The notes beneath the pieces were generated by a model. It saw nothing but the letters and a program-made list of their open reading frames with translations. It was not told the origin of the DNA and searched no databases. 64,000 bases of DNA from Ramlibacter sp. 2FC (GTDB lineage Bacteria; Pseudomonadota; Gammaproteobacteria; Burkholderiales; Burkholderiaceae_C): the NCBI GenBank assembly GCA_943372515.1, contig CALRYY010000012.1:1074-65073 (forward strand), given 5' to 3'. Position 1 is the first letter of the stretch; each line of letters starts with the position of its first letter. Made by a program: the position numbers and the translations under genes. Below, one piece after another: positions 22,752-34,602 of this stretch.

Positions 22752-24737
22752 CTACGGCGCAACAGGCGCCGACGAAGCTGCCGTTGGCATCGGCGGCCAG
22801 CCGACTTCCGACGCGGTGCGCGGCTTGCCAATGGGGGCTGCCGCCTGGCCCTTTCGCACGGCGGCCATGTCTTCGTCATTGGGGTACTGGCCCATGAGCC
22901 AGTAGTCAAACACGCGCCGCGCAATCGGCGCAGCATGGGCGGCGCCAAAGCCGGCGTTTTCCACAATCACGGCTATCGCGATCCTCGGGTCGTCGGCGGG
23001 TGCAAACGCCATGTACAGCGCATGGTCGCGCTGGTGCTCCTCGAGCTTGCCGGCGTTGTACTTGTCCTTCTGGCCGATGGTCACGGCCTGCGCCGTGCCG
23101 GTCTTGCCGCCGGACAAATAGCCGGCGCCCGCGAACACACGCGCCGACGTGCCCTCCTGCGTCACCCCCACCAGGGCCTTGCGCACCACGGCCACGTTCT
23201 CGGGCTTGTAGCCCAGGTCCACCGGTGGGTCCGCCGGCACGGGGATACGCGCGCGTGAGACCGAGTCCTGCGTGGCAATGACCAGCTGCGGCTTGTGCTT
23301 GATGCCGTTGTTGGCCAGGATGGCCGTAGCCTGGGCGAGCTGCAGCATGGTGAAGGCGTTGTAGCCCTGGCCGATGCCCAGCGAAATGGTCTCGCCGGCG
23401 TACCACTTCTTCTGCTCCGGGCGCTTGTAGTAATTGCGCTTCCAGTCCTGGCTGGGCAGCACGCCGCGCACTTCGCCCAGCACGTCGATGCCGGTGATCT
23501 GGCCAAAGCCCAGCGGCTTCATGAAGTCATGCATGACATCCACGCCCAGTTCATTGGCCAGCGAGTAGTAATACACGTTGCTGGACTTCACGATGCTCTG
23601 GTGCATGTCCACGGCGCCCAGGCCATGGTCGCCGTGGCTGCGGAAAACGTGGCCGCCGAAATTCCAGGAGCCCGCGTCGTTGATGATGGTGGACGCCGAG
23701 CGCTTGCCCGTCTGCAACGCGGCCATGGCCATGAAGGGCTTGTAGGTGGACCCTGGCGGGTAGGTGCCGCGCAGCGCGCGGTTGAGCAATGGCTTGTCGA
23801 TGGACTCGTTGAGCATCTGCCAGCTCTCGGCGTCAATGCCGTCCACGAACAGGTTGGGGTCGAACGTGGGCTTGCTGACGAAGGACAGCACCTCGCCGGT
23901 TTTGGGGTCGATGGCCACCAGCGCGCCGCGCCGCTCGCCAAACATGTCTTCCACCAGCTTTTGCAGCTTGATGTCGATGGACAGCATGACCGTGTTGCCC
24001 GGCGTCGCCGGGATGCTGGCGAGCTTGCGCACCGCGCGCCCGCCCGCAGAGGTTTCCACTTGCTCCACGCCGGTGATGCCGTGCAGCTGCTTTTCAAAGC
24101 TCTGCTCCACGCCCAGCTTGCCGATGTATTCGGTGCCGCGGTAGTTGCCCTGGTCTTCGTCGGACCAGTCCTCCATGGACTTCTTTTCACTCTGGTTGAT
24201 GCGCCCGATGTAGCCCACCACGTGGCTTGCAAGCTCCCCCCAGGGGTAGCTGCGAAACAGCCGCGCCTTGATCTCCACACCAGGAAAGCGGAATCGCTGC
24301 GCGGCAAAACGAGCCACTTCCTCGTCGGTCAGGCGCGTGCGTATGGGCAGCGACTCAAAGCTGCGTGATTCGTCCAGCAGCTTGCGAAAGCGCCGGCGGT
24401 CGCGCAGCTGGATGTCGATGACTTGCGCCAGGTCGTCAATCGTCTTTTCCAGGGGCGAGGTCAGGCGCGACGGCGTGATCTCCAGCGTGTAGGCTGAATA
24501 GTTGGTGGCCAGGATGACGCCGTTGCGGTCCAGGATCAGGCCCCGGTTGGGCACGATGGGCACGATGGCTGTGCGGTTGGCCTCGGCCTGCTCGTCCAGG
24601 TCGTCATGGCGCACCACCTGCAGGTACACCAGCCGCGACGCCAGCAACAAAAACGCCACCACCACCACGATGCTGGCCACCAGGATCCGCGCGCGAAAGC
24701 GCGACAGATCCGCTTCGACATTCCTGAGCTCGGTCAT
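22752..24737 (-). CDS. mrdA: penicillin-binding protein 2 (elongasome transpeptidase)
   Basis: 661 aa. N-terminal TM segment, the STYKP (SxxK) and KTGTA motifs, and a position directly after mreD. Confidence 0.9.
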   Translation of the reverse strand: MTELRNVEADLSRFRARILVASIVVVVAFLLLASRLVYLQVVRHDDLDEQAEANRTAIVPIVPNRGLILDRNGVILATNYSAYTLEITPSRLTSPLEKTIDDLAQVIDIQLRDRRRFRKLLDESRSFESLPIRTRLTDEEVARFAAQRFRFPGVEIKARLFRSYPWGELASHVVGYIGRINQSEKKSMEDWSDEDQGNYRGTEYIGKLGVEQSFEKQLHGITGVEQVETSAGGRAVRKLASIPATPGNTVMLSIDIKLQKLVEDMFGERRGALVAIDPKTGEVLSFVSKPTFDPNLFVDGIDAESWQMLNESIDKPLLNRALRGTYPPGSTYKPFMAMAALQTGKRSASTIINDAGSWNFGGHVFRSHGDHGLGAVDMHQSIVKSSNVYYYSLANELGVDVMHDFMKPLGFGQITGIDVLGEVRGVLPSQDWKRNYYKRPEQKKWYAGETISLGIGQGYNAFTMLQLAQATAILANNGIKHKPQLVIATQDSVSRARIPVPADPPVDLGYKPENVAVVRKALVGVTQEGTSARVFAGAGYLSGGKTGTAQAVTIGQKDKYNAGKLEEHQRDHALYMAFAPADDPRIAIAVIVENAGFGAAHAAPIARRVFDYWLMGQYPNDEDMAAVRKGQAAAPIGKPRTASEVGWPPMPTAASSAPVAP

Positions 24738-25252
24738 AGTGGTCGATTCTCGTCAGGGTCGGGCGCGCGGCGTTGGGGGGCCAGCAGCATGATGCTCACC
24801 ACGGGCCACAGCACCGACTCCAGCAGCGGGGCCAGCACCACCTGCCAGCCCGGGAAGGCGCCGCCGCTGACCAAGCGGATGGCCAGCTCAATGGCGTGCG
24901 CCGCCACAAACAGCGGCAGCACCTGCAGCGCCTGCGACGGCACGCTGAACCACAGCAGGCGCCGGTGGATGGTGATGGCGAAAAAGCTCAGCGCCGTATA
25001 GGCCAGCGCATGCTGGCCCAGCAGGGCGGTCTGGTGCACGTCCATGCACAGGCCAAAGAAAAACGCGGCGCCAATGCCCACGCGCTGCGGCTGGTGCACG
25101 CTCCAGAACACCAGCACCAGGACCAGAAAATCCGGCAACCAGGGCGTGCGCCCCAGCGGCAGCATGTTCAACACCAGGGCGCCCACCAGGCTGCCCCAGA
25201 TGAACAACGGGTTGGCGGGCAGCAACAGCTGCTGCCCTGGGCGCATGATCAT
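24734..25252 (-). CDS. mreD: rod shape-determining protein MreD
   Basis: 172 aa polytopic membrane protein lying between mreC and mrdA, with overlapping stop/start codons on both sides. Confidence 0.8.
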   Translation of the reverse strand: MIMRPGQQLLLPANPLFIWGSLVGALVLNMLPLGRTPWLPDFLVLVLVFWSVHQPQRVGIGAAFFFGLCMDVHQTALLGQHALAYTALSFFAITIHRRLLWFSVPSQALQVLPLFVAAHAIELAIRLVSGGAFPGWQVVLAPLLESVLWPVVSIMLLAPQRRAPDPDENRPL

Positions 25253-26172
25253 TTGCGTGCCCCCTTTCGGGCGGCGGCAGGGTGTGGCGTGTCGTCAGGT
25301 GCGGGCCGGGGGGGGATTTGCACCGACACGGGTTTGAGCACCATGACATGCCTGGCGCCCGTGACCAGCGCTTGCGGGATGCAGTAGATGCGCGCAAAAG
25401 CAGAATCGGCGCGGCGCTCAACACGTTCCACGCGCGCGACCGGCAGCCCGGCGGGGTAGATGCCGTCCACGCCGCTGGTGGTCAGCAAATCGCCGGCCTG
25501 CACGTCGGCGTTGCCAGCCATGAAGCGCAGCTCCAGCTCGCCGCCATGCGTGGGGTCGCCAAAAGCCACGCTGCGCGCACCGGTGCGCGCATTCAGCACC
25601 GGAATGGCCTGGTCGCTGTCGATCACCAGCGTCACCTCGCTGATCAGCGGGTGCACGCGCGTCACCTGGCCCAGCACGCCCGCTTCGTCAATCACCGGCG
25701 AGCCGGCCTCAATGCCCTGGGCCAGCCCCTTGTCGATGATGATCTTGCGGGTGTAGGGGTCGGCCGCGTCATACAGCACCTCGGCGGCCAGCCCCGGCGT
25801 GCTGATCTTGTCACGCAGGGCCAGCAACTTGCGCAGGCGGCGGTTTTCCAGCTCCAGCTGCTCGACCTGGCCGGTGCGTTGGGCCTGAACCGCCAGGCGC
25901 TGGCGCGCGGCGGCCTCGCTGGCCTGAGCGACCTGGAGGTCCTGGAAGTATTCGCCGCCGTTGCGCACCAGCAGCACCGGGCGCATGGCCAGCCACTGCA
26001 CGGGGTACAGCACGGTGGCCACGGCCGCGCGCAGCGGCTGCGTGATGCGAAAGCGCACATCGGCGACCATCAGGAACAGCGCAAGCGCGCTGAAGACCAT
26101 CAGCTTGGAAAGCGCTGATGGGCCCTGCTTGAAGAAGGGGGGTGGGGACCTGTCCAGCGTACCAAGTGGCAT
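25249..26172 (-). CDS. mreC: rod shape-determining protein MreC
   Basis: N-terminal TM segment, a coiled-coil region (LELENRRLRKLLALRD) and beta-rich domains. Start trimmed to MPLGTLDR. Confidence 0.85.
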   Translation of the reverse strand: MPLGTLDRSPPPFFKQGPSALSKLMVFSALALFLMVADVRFRITQPLRAAVATVLYPVQWLAMRPVLLVRNGGEYFQDLQVAQASEAAARQRLAVQAQRTGQVEQLELENRRLRKLLALRDKISTPGLAAEVLYDAADPYTRKIIIDKGLAQGIEAGSPVIDEAGVLGQVTRVHPLISEVTLVIDSDQAIPVLNARTGARSVAFGDPTHGGELELRFMAGNADVQAGDLLTTSGVDGIYPAGLPVARVERVERRADSAFARIYCIPQALVTGARHVMVLKPVSVQIPPRPAPDDTPHPAAARKGARK

Positions 26173-26188
26173 CGCTGCTCCGGGTGGG

Positions 26189-27731
<1,543 letters not shown>

Positions 27732-27735
<4 letters not shown>

Positions 27736-29198
27736 GCGGCGAACTGCATGATCTGACGGTTGCGCAGCTTGCGGCGAAGCTGCGTGCGCAAGAAGTGTCG
27801 GCTGTGGAGGCCGCACAGCATTTCCTGGCGCGCGGCGCGCAGCACGCCAGTCTCGGTGCGTACCTGGACGTTCGTGAAGACGTCACGCTCGCGCAGGCCA
27901 AGGCTGCGGATGCACGCATTGCCTCGGGCGACACCGCGCCGCTGCTCGGCGTGCCCATCGCCCACAAGGACATCTTCGTCACCAAGGACTTTGTGAGCAC
28001 GGCGGGCTCGAAGATGCTGGCCGGGTACCGCTCGCCATTCAACGCGACGGTGGTGGACAAACTGACGCAGTCAGGCGCCGTGACACTGGGCAAGCTCAAC
28101 TGCGATGAATTCGCCATGGGCTCGTCCAACGAAAACTCGGCCTTCAAGCCTGCGCTGAACCCGTGGGACACCAGGCGCATTCCGGGTGGCTCCTCAGGCG
28201 GCAGCGCTGCGGCCGTGGCGGCCCGGCTGGCCCCGGCAGTGACGGGCACCGACACCGGTGGCTCCATCCGCCAGCCCGCAGGCTTTTGCGGCATCACGGG
28301 CATCAAGCCCACCTATGGCCGCGCGTCGCGCTACGGCATGATCGCCTTCGCCTCCAGCCTGGACCAGGCCGGCCCGATGGCGCGCACGGCTGAAGACTGC
28401 GCGCTGCTGCTGTCGGCCATGTGCGGCCCCGATGCCGACCGCGACTCCACGTCGCTGGACGTACCGGCAGAAGACTTCACGCGTTCGCTGAACGACAGCA
28501 TCGATGGCCTGCGCATCGGCATCCCCAAAGAATTTTTTGGCGAGGGCCTGTCGGCCGATGTGCGCGCCGCAGTAGACGGTGCATTGAAGCAGTACGAAAA
28601 GCTCGGCGCGAAGCTGGTGGAAATTTCGCTGCCGCGCACGCAGCTGTCGATTCCCGTGTACTACATCATCGCGCCGGCAGAGGCCAGCTCCAACCTGAGC
28701 CGCTTTGACGGCGTGAAGTTCGGCCACCGTGCAGCCCAATACACCGACCTGCTGGACATGTACAAAAAGACCCGCGCCGAAGCCTTTGGCGACGAGGTCA
28801 AGCGCCGCATCATGATCGGCGCCTATGTGCTGAGCCATGGCTACTACGACGCCTACTACCTGCAGGCGCAAAAGATCCGCCGCATGATTGCCGACGACTT
28901 CCAGCAGGCCTTCAAACAATGCGACCTGATCGCCGGCCCGGTGGCGCCCACGGTGGCCTGGAAGCTGGGCGAGCACGGCAACGACCCGCTGGCCGATTAC
29001 CTGGCTGACATCTTCACGCTGCCCGGCTCGCTGGCAGGCCTGCCCGGCATGAGCGTGCCGGCGGGCTTTGGTGAGGGCGGCATGCCCGTGGGGCTGCAGC
29101 TGCTGGGCAACTATTTTGCTGAAGCAAAGCTGCTGAACGCAGCGCATCAACTGCAGCAAGCCACTGATTTCCACCTCCGCAGTCCGGAGGGTTTTTGA
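27732..29198 (+). CDS. gatA: Asp/Glu-tRNA amidotransferase subunit A
   Basis: Amidase signature [13 protein letters not shown]...[12 protein letters not shown]. Start [10 protein letters not shown]. The ORF-track call 26688..29198 is an artefactual extension across the mreB antisense strand. Confidence 0.95.
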
Positions 29199-29199
29199 C

Positions 29200-30645
29200 A
29201 TGACGAGCAAATTGATCCAGGGCTACGAAGTTGTCATCGGCTTTGAGACGCACGCCCAGCTGTCCACCCAAAGCAAGATCTTCAGCCGCGCCGCCACGGC
29301 CTTTGGCGCCGAGCCCAACACACAGGCCTGCGCGGTGGACCTGGCCCTGCCCGGCACACTGCCGGTCATGAACAAGGGCGCGGTCGAACGTGCCATTGAG
29401 TTCGGCCTGGCCGTGAACGCCACCATTGCGCCCAAAAGCATTTTTGCGCGCAAAAACTACTTCTACCCCGACCTGCCCAAGGGCTACCAGATCAGCCAGT
29501 TTGAAATTCCGGTGGTGCAGGGCGGCAGCGTGGAATTCTTTCTGGGCGAAGAAAAGAAAAGCGTGCGACTGGTGCGCGCCCACCTGGAAGAAGACGCGGG
29601 CAAATCGCTGCACGAAGACTTCATCGGCCAAAGCGGCATCGACCTGAACCGCGCGGGCACGCCGTTGCTGGAGATCGTGACCGAGCCCGACATGCGCGGC
29701 AGCGAAGAGGCCGTGGCCTATGCCAAGGAGCTGCACAAGATCGTGACCTGGATCGGCATCTGCGACGGCAACATGCAAGAGGGCAGCTTCCGCTGCGACG
29801 CCAACGTGTCGGTGCGCAAGCCCGGTGCGCCCTTGGGCACGCGCCGCGAGATCAAGAACCTGAACAGCTTCAAGTTCATGCAGCAGGCGATTGACTACGA
29901 GATCCGCTGGCAGATCGAGCAGATTGAAGACGGCCACGCCATCCAGCAGGCCACCGTGCTGTTTGACCCCGACACGGGCGAGACGCGCGCCATGCGCACC
30001 AAGGAAGACGCGGCCGACTACCGCTACTTCCCCGACCCTGACCTGCCGCCGTTGGTGGTGGCGCCCGAGTGGGTGGAGCGTGTGCGCAGCGAGATGGCCG
30101 AGCTGCCGCGCGTGATGGCCGCGCGTTTTGTGGCCGACTACGGCCTGCCTGAATACGATGCCACCACACTCACGCAGAGCAAGGCCATGGCAGCGTATTT
30201 CGAGGCTGCGGCCAAGGCCTGCGGCCAGCCGAAGCTGGCCAGCAACTGGGTGATGGGTGAGGTGTCGCGCCGGCTCAATGCGCAAGACATTGGCATCGAG
30301 GCAGCACCGGTCAGCCCCGCGCAGCTGGCAGCACTGATCGGCCGCATTGCTGACAACACGGTGTCCAACAGCGCCGCGCGCCAGGTGTTCGACGCGCTTT
30401 GGTCAGGCGAAGGCAGCGAGGTAGACGCCGTGATCGAGGCCAAGGGCTTGAAGCAGATGAACGACACCGGCGCCCTGGAAAAAATCATCGACGACATCAT
30501 TGCCGCCAACCCCGACAACGTGGCGCAGTTCCGCGCAGGCAAGGACAAAGCCTTCAACGCGCTGGTAGGCCAGGCCATGAAGGCGACCAAGGGCAAGGGC
30601 AACCCGCAACAGGTCAACGATCTGCTGCGCAAAAAACTCGGCTAG
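29200..30645 (+). CDS. gatB: Asp/Glu-tRNA amidotransferase subunit B
   Basis: 481 aa. [13 protein letters not shown] and [15 protein letters not shown] are GatB signatures. Confidence 0.95.
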   Translation: MTSKLIQGYEVVIGFETHAQLSTQSKIFSRAATAFGAEPNTQACAVDLALPGTLPVMNKGAVERAIEFGLAVNATIAPKSIFARKNYFYPDLPKGYQISQFEIPVVQGGSVEFFLGEEKKSVRLVRAHLEEDAGKSLHEDFIGQSGIDLNRAGTPLLEIVTEPDMRGSEEAVAYAKELHKIVTWIGICDGNMQEGSFRCDANVSVRKPGAPLGTRREIKNLNSFKFMQQAIDYEIRWQIEQIEDGHAIQQATVLFDPDTGETRAMRTKEDAADYRYFPDPDLPPLVVAPEWVERVRSEMAELPRVMAARFVADYGLPEYDATTLTQSKAMAAYFEAAAKACGQPKLASNWVMGEVSRRLNAQDIGIEAAPVSPAQLAALIGRIADNTVSNSAARQVFDALWSGEGSEVDAVIEAKGLKQMNDTGALEKIIDDIIAANPDNVAQFRAGKDKAFNALVGQAMKATKGKGNPQQVNDLLRKKLG

Positions 30646-30683
30646 CCTGCGTTACTTCGGGATCGTGCGGGCAGGGCACTCTG

Positions 30684-30885
30684 CTCCGCGAATGTCCTCC
30701 GGCGGGCTGCGCCCGCCTCCCCCTTTATTTCGCTGCGCAGAGCGCCCTACCCACCTGATCCTGCCGAGATCGGTGAGTGCAAACGGTGGTGCGCCACATG
30801 CGTAGCGGGTTGGTGGTGATGGTGCCCGGCGCAGCGAAATAAAGGGGGAGGAGCGGCGCAGCCGGTCCGGAGGACATTCGCGGAG
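30684..30885. repeat. MITE-like element / large imperfect palindrome (55-57-nt inverted arms, 90-nt centre)
   Basis: Left arm 30684..30738 is CTCCGCGAATGTCCTCCGGCGGGCTGCGCCCGCCTCCCCCTTTATTTCGCTGCGC. Right arm 30829..30885 is its near-perfect reverse complement (about 90 percent by eye). It lies between the convergent genes gatB and pyrE. Confidence 0.7.
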
Positions 30886-30937
30886 CCGGGCACCGTCAGC
30901 GCCAACCCACGGACCATCTCAAGAGGACAGAAGATGT

Positions 30938-31621
30938 TCAGTCGTCCACGCCGTAGCGCTCCCTGTAAGCAAGAACCGCCGAGTGGTACTGCCCCAAGCT
31001 GTCACCCGAATGACCCTGCAGGTACGCCAGCAAATCAGCCAGCCGCGCAATCGCACACACCTGCATCCCCAGCTGGTTGCGCACATACTGCACCGCGCTG
31101 TGGTCCACATCGAGGCCGCCTTCGGTGGCCTTTTCCTGACGGTCCAGGGCAATGGCCACCGCATGCGGCGTGGCGCCCGCAGCCTGGATGATGGCAATGG
31201 ATTCACGCGCGGCGGTGCCAGCCGACATCACATCGTCCACGATCAGCACGCGGCCTTTCAGCGCAGCGCCCACCAGGGTGCCGCCTTCACCATGGTCCTT
31301 GGCCTCCTTGCGGTTGTAGGCGAAGGGCACGTTGCGGCCCTGGCGGGCGAGCTCCACGGCCACGGCGGCGCCCAGCGGGATGCCCTTGTACGCCGGGCCG
31401 AACAGCATGTCGAATTCAATGCCCGAGGCGATGATGCGCTGTGCATAGAATTGCGCGAGCCGGCCGAGCTTGGCGCCATCGTCAAACAGGCCGGCGTTGA
31501 AGAAATAGGGTGACAGCCGGCCTGCCTTGGTCTTGAATTCGCCAAAGCGCAGCACGCCGGAATCCACCGCAAACTGCACGAAATCCTGCGCCAAAGCATC
31601 AGCGCCTGCATCAACCACCAT
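30938..31621 (-). CDS. pyrE: orotate phosphoribosyltransferase
   Basis: VLRFGEFKTKAGRLSPYFFNAG and the PRPP loop VLIVDDVMSAGTA. The start is ATG 31621 or a downstream TTG at 31594. Confidence 0.9.
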   Translation of the reverse strand: MVVDAGADALAQDFVQFAVDSGVLRFGEFKTKAGRLSPYFFNAGLFDDGAKLGRLAQFYAQRIIASGIEFDMLFGPAYKGIPLGAAVAVELARQGRNVPFAYNRKEAKDHGEGGTLVGAALKGRVLIVDDVMSAGTAARESIAIIQAAGATPHAVAIALDRQEKATEGGLDVDHSAVQYVRNQLGMQVCAIARLADLLAYLQGHSGDSLGQYHSAVLAYRERYGVDD

Positions 31622-32423
31622 GGGGAATTCCTTGTTCAAGTTAACCAGCCTCAACCTCAACGGCATCCGCTCTGCCGCCACCAAGGGCGTTGAAGCCTGG
31701 ATCGCCAAAGCCGCCCCGGATTGTATTTGTGTGCAGGAAGTCAAAGCCCAGGCAGCAGATGTGAGCGGCCGCTTTGAAATGCTCGCAGGCTTGAAGGGGC
31801 ACTTTCATTTTGCGCAGAAGAAAGGCTATTCCGGCGTGGCCGTGTACACGCGGCACGAACCCAGCGATGTTGTCGTGGGCCACGACGGCGGCGAATTTGA
31901 CGCCGAGGGCCGCTATGTGGAGCTGCGCTTTGATACGCCCAAACGCAAGCTGTCGCTCATCAGCGCGTACTTTCCCAGCGGTTCGTCGGGCGAGGAACGC
32001 CAGCAGGCCAAGTTCCGCTTTCTGGCCGGGTTTGAGCCGCACCTGGCGGCGCTGAAGAAAAAGCGCGAGTTCATTCTGTGCGGCGACGTCAACATCGCGC
32101 ACCAGAACATCGACCTGAAAAACTGGCGCAGCAACCAGAAGAACAGCGGCTTTTTGCCCGAGGAGCGCGCCTGGATGACGAACCTGCTGACGCACACCGG
32201 CCTGGTGGACGTGTACCGCCAGCTGCAGCCGACGGCCACCGACACGGCGTACACCTGGTGGAGCAACCGTGGTCAGGCCTACCTGAACAACGTGGGGTGG
32301 CGGCTTGATTACCACCTGGCCACGCCGGCAATGGCCGCGCTGGCGCGTACAGAAGCGATCTACAAGGCCGAGAAATTCTCGGACCATGCGCCCATCACGG
32401 TGGACTACGACTTCAAGCTCTAG
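31620..32423 (+). CDS. xthA: exodeoxyribonuclease III
   Basis: FKLTSLNLNGIRSA...CVQEVK...WWSNRG...RLDYHL...SDHAPI match the ExoIII/AP-endonuclease family. The start is ATG 31620 or the in-frame TTG at 31632. Confidence 0.85.
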   Translation: MGNSLFKLTSLNLNGIRSAATKGVEAWIAKAAPDCICVQEVKAQAADVSGRFEMLAGLKGHFHFAQKKGYSGVAVYTRHEPSDVVVGHDGGEFDAEGRYVELRFDTPKRKLSLISAYFPSGSSGEERQQAKFRFLAGFEPHLAALKKKREFILCGDVNIAHQNIDLKNWRSNQKNSGFLPEERAWMTNLLTHTGLVDVYRQLQPTATDTAYTWWSNRGQAYLNNVGWRLDYHLATPAMAALARTEAIYKAEKFSDHAPITVDYDFKL

Positions 32424-32436
32424 GCTGCGCTGCCGG

Positions 32437-33396
32437 TCAGAACACCGCGTGGTCGCCACGCTCGGCGGTGGCGTCGCCCCTGACCAGCGCCGCATAGTAG
32501 TCAAACAGCGTTTCGCTACCGGTGCTGGGGGTCGCTTCGGCGCTGTAGCGTCCGGTGGCTGTGTCCAGCACCAGCATGGACTCCGTGGCGTAGTAGCGGC
32601 CAATGCGTGCCAGCTCGGCCTTGGCCGCCAACGGGGGCATTGCATGCCCCAGCGTGCCCAGCACGCCAATGATGCCGTCCAGCAGCGCCACCGGGACCTG
32701 CTTGAACCGGGGCGGGCGGCCCAGCAGCGAAAAAAGGTGTTCCCCCTGCTGGCGTGGCGTGATGGCCGGGCCGGGGCCGCCGATAGGCAGGATGCGGTTG
32801 TGCCGCTGGGTGTTGTCCAGGCAGCCGGCGATGTAGTCGCCCAGATCGTCATCGCTGATGGGCTTGCAGGCGGTCAGTGTGCCGTCGCCGAACACCAGGA
32901 AAGGCTTGCCGTTTTTCACCCGCTCGACCTGGCCCGACAGCGATTTGAAAAATGCCGTCGGGCGCACGATGGAATACGTGAGGCCTGACGTTGACAGCGC
33001 CTGCTCGAAAGCCAGCTTGGCCTGCTGGAAGGCCAGCAGCGGCTTTTGCACGCATATGGCCGACAGCAGCACCACCTGTGAAACGCCCGCGTTGCGTGCT
33101 GCCTCGAGTGCGTGCATGTGGGCCAGATGGTCGATGGCCCAGGCATCACGCGGCGTGCCCGTGCGCGACGCCAGGCACGACACCAGCGCGTCAAAGCGTT
33201 CGCCCCGCAATCCGTCGGCAGCCAGCGACACCGGGTCCGTCACATCGCCAACGCGCACCGTGGCAATGGCCGGCAGATGGGTATCGCCGCTGCGCGTGCG
33301 CACCAGGCACACCACCTCATGGCCCTGGCGCAGCAACGCGCGCACCGTGGCTCGTCCGATGGTGCCCGTTGCACCGAGCATGAAGACGCGCGCCAC
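32437..33396 (-). CDS. NAD(P)-binding NmrA-like / atypical SDR protein
   Basis: MARVFMLGATGTIGRATVRALLRQGHEVVCLVR is a Rossmann motif. Confidence 0.65.
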   Translation of the reverse strand: MARVFMLGATGTIGRATVRALLRQGHEVVCLVRTRSGDTHLPAIATVRVGDVTDPVSLAADGLRGERFDALVSCLASRTGTPRDAWAIDHLAHMHALEAARNAGVSQVVLLSAICVQKPLLAFQQAKLAFEQALSTSGLTYSIVRPTAFFKSLSGQVERVKNGKPFLVFGDGTLTACKPISDDDLGDYIAGCLDNTQRHNRILPIGGPGPAITPRQQGEHLFSLLGRPPRFKQVPVALLDGIIGVLGTLGHAMPPLAAKAELARIGRYYATESMLVLDTATGRYSAEATPSTGSETLFDYYAALVRGDATAERGDHAVF

Positions 33397-33399
33397 GGC

Positions 33400-34602
33400 T
33401 TACCAGTCAACCAGGCTCAGGCCCACCTTGAGCACCGTGCGGCGGCGGTTGTAGTCCAGCAGGCTGTCGCCGTAGCCGCTGAACAGCTGCAGGTGCAGCC
33501 GCAGGTCGTTGATGGGGCCGTCGGCTGCGCCCTTGCCCAGCGTGCGCAGCCATTCCAGCCGCATCGAGCCCTGGTCGGCCGAGCGCAGCGAGTGGCGCAG
33601 CGTGGCGCCCACGGTGTTGCGTTTGTCCAGGTTCCAGTAGCCCTGCACTTCAGCGCGGCCGATGCGGTCACTGATGTCGGGGTTGTCGTCGCTGCCGCTT
33701 TCGGGCAGGCGCTTCCAGATGCGGGCCTGAATGCGAGCGACGTTGTCCTTTTCCGCGCCCACCATCAGGTAGGCGCGGTTCCAGCTGCGCGACAGTGGCA
33801 GCGCCTGGCCGTTAGATTGGTGGACCACCCCCAGGCCGGTGTAGCGCACGCGCCAGCCGCCGGGCAGGGAAAAGTCGGTGGGGTAGGCATAGATGACTTC
33901 GGGCTCATGGTCGGTGCTGCGAAACGGCCGCGAAATGCCGCCGTTGAACAGCTGCCAGTAAGACTGCTGCGTATAGCCGAACCACAGCGAGTCTTTCAGC
34001 GTCGGGTGGCCGCTGGTCAGGATGCCTTGAGCCAGCTTGGTCCGCACCGACAGCTGGATGCGGGTTTCGGTCTTGCGGTAGGCCGTCTCGGCCAGGGCGT
34101 TGTTGGCCGGGTTGGCAGACGTGGGCAGCGTGTTGACACTGGTGGCCGAGATCAGCGACACGCTGATGGGCCGGTAGCCGCGGATGCCAAAGACGCCGCA
34201 ATCGCTGCCGGCCTCCAGCTCCCAGAAGCGCGACAAGTCTGAATACTGGCGGTCGTGGCAGCCTTTTTCAGAGGTGATGGAGATGACGCGTGTGGCCGGG
34301 ATCAGCGGTTGCACTGCGGTGGGCTCGCCGGCGGGCTGATTCAGGGCCGACGCGGCGGGGACGCCGGGTGCCGGCGTCGCGCCGGCCAGCGCCGGGCGCG
34401 GCTGCTTCTGGGCCCACTGGTCAAAGCAGGTCAGTCGAGCGGCGCTGTCGGCGGTGGCGGCGCAGGCCTGCCAGCCCGCTTCACCCTGCGCCGGGGGCAC
34501 GGTTTGAGCCCCTGCCGGCGCGAGCCCCGCCAGTGTTATTGCCAGCCCGGCAGCTTGCGCAGCACGAAGCTGCGTTCGGTGTTGTCTTTGGATCGTCGCC
34601 AT
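33400..34602 (-). CDS. pldA: outer-membrane phospholipase A
   Basis: FGYTQQSYWQ, the catalytic HQSNG motif, SRSWNR and a C-terminal beta-barrel ending in W. Start uncertain (34602 or 34626). Confidence 0.8.
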   Translation of the reverse strand: MATIQRQHRTQLRAAQAAGLAITLAGLAPAGAQTVPPAQGEAGWQACAATADSAARLTCFDQWAQKQPRPALAGATPAPGVPAASALNQPAGEPTAVQPLIPATRVISITSEKGCHDRQYSDLSRFWELEAGSDCGVFGIRGYRPISVSLISATSVNTLPTSANPANNALAETAYRKTETRIQLSVRTKLAQGILTSGHPTLKDSLWFGYTQQSYWQLFNGGISRPFRSTDHEPEVIYAYPTDFSLPGGWRVRYTGLGVVHQSNGQALPLSRSWNRAYLMVGAEKDNVARIQARIWKRLPESGSDDNPDISDRIGRAEVQGYWNLDKRNTVGATLRHSLRSADQGSMRLEWLRTLGKGAADGPINDLRLHLQLFSGYGDSLLDYNRRRTVLKVGLSLVDW

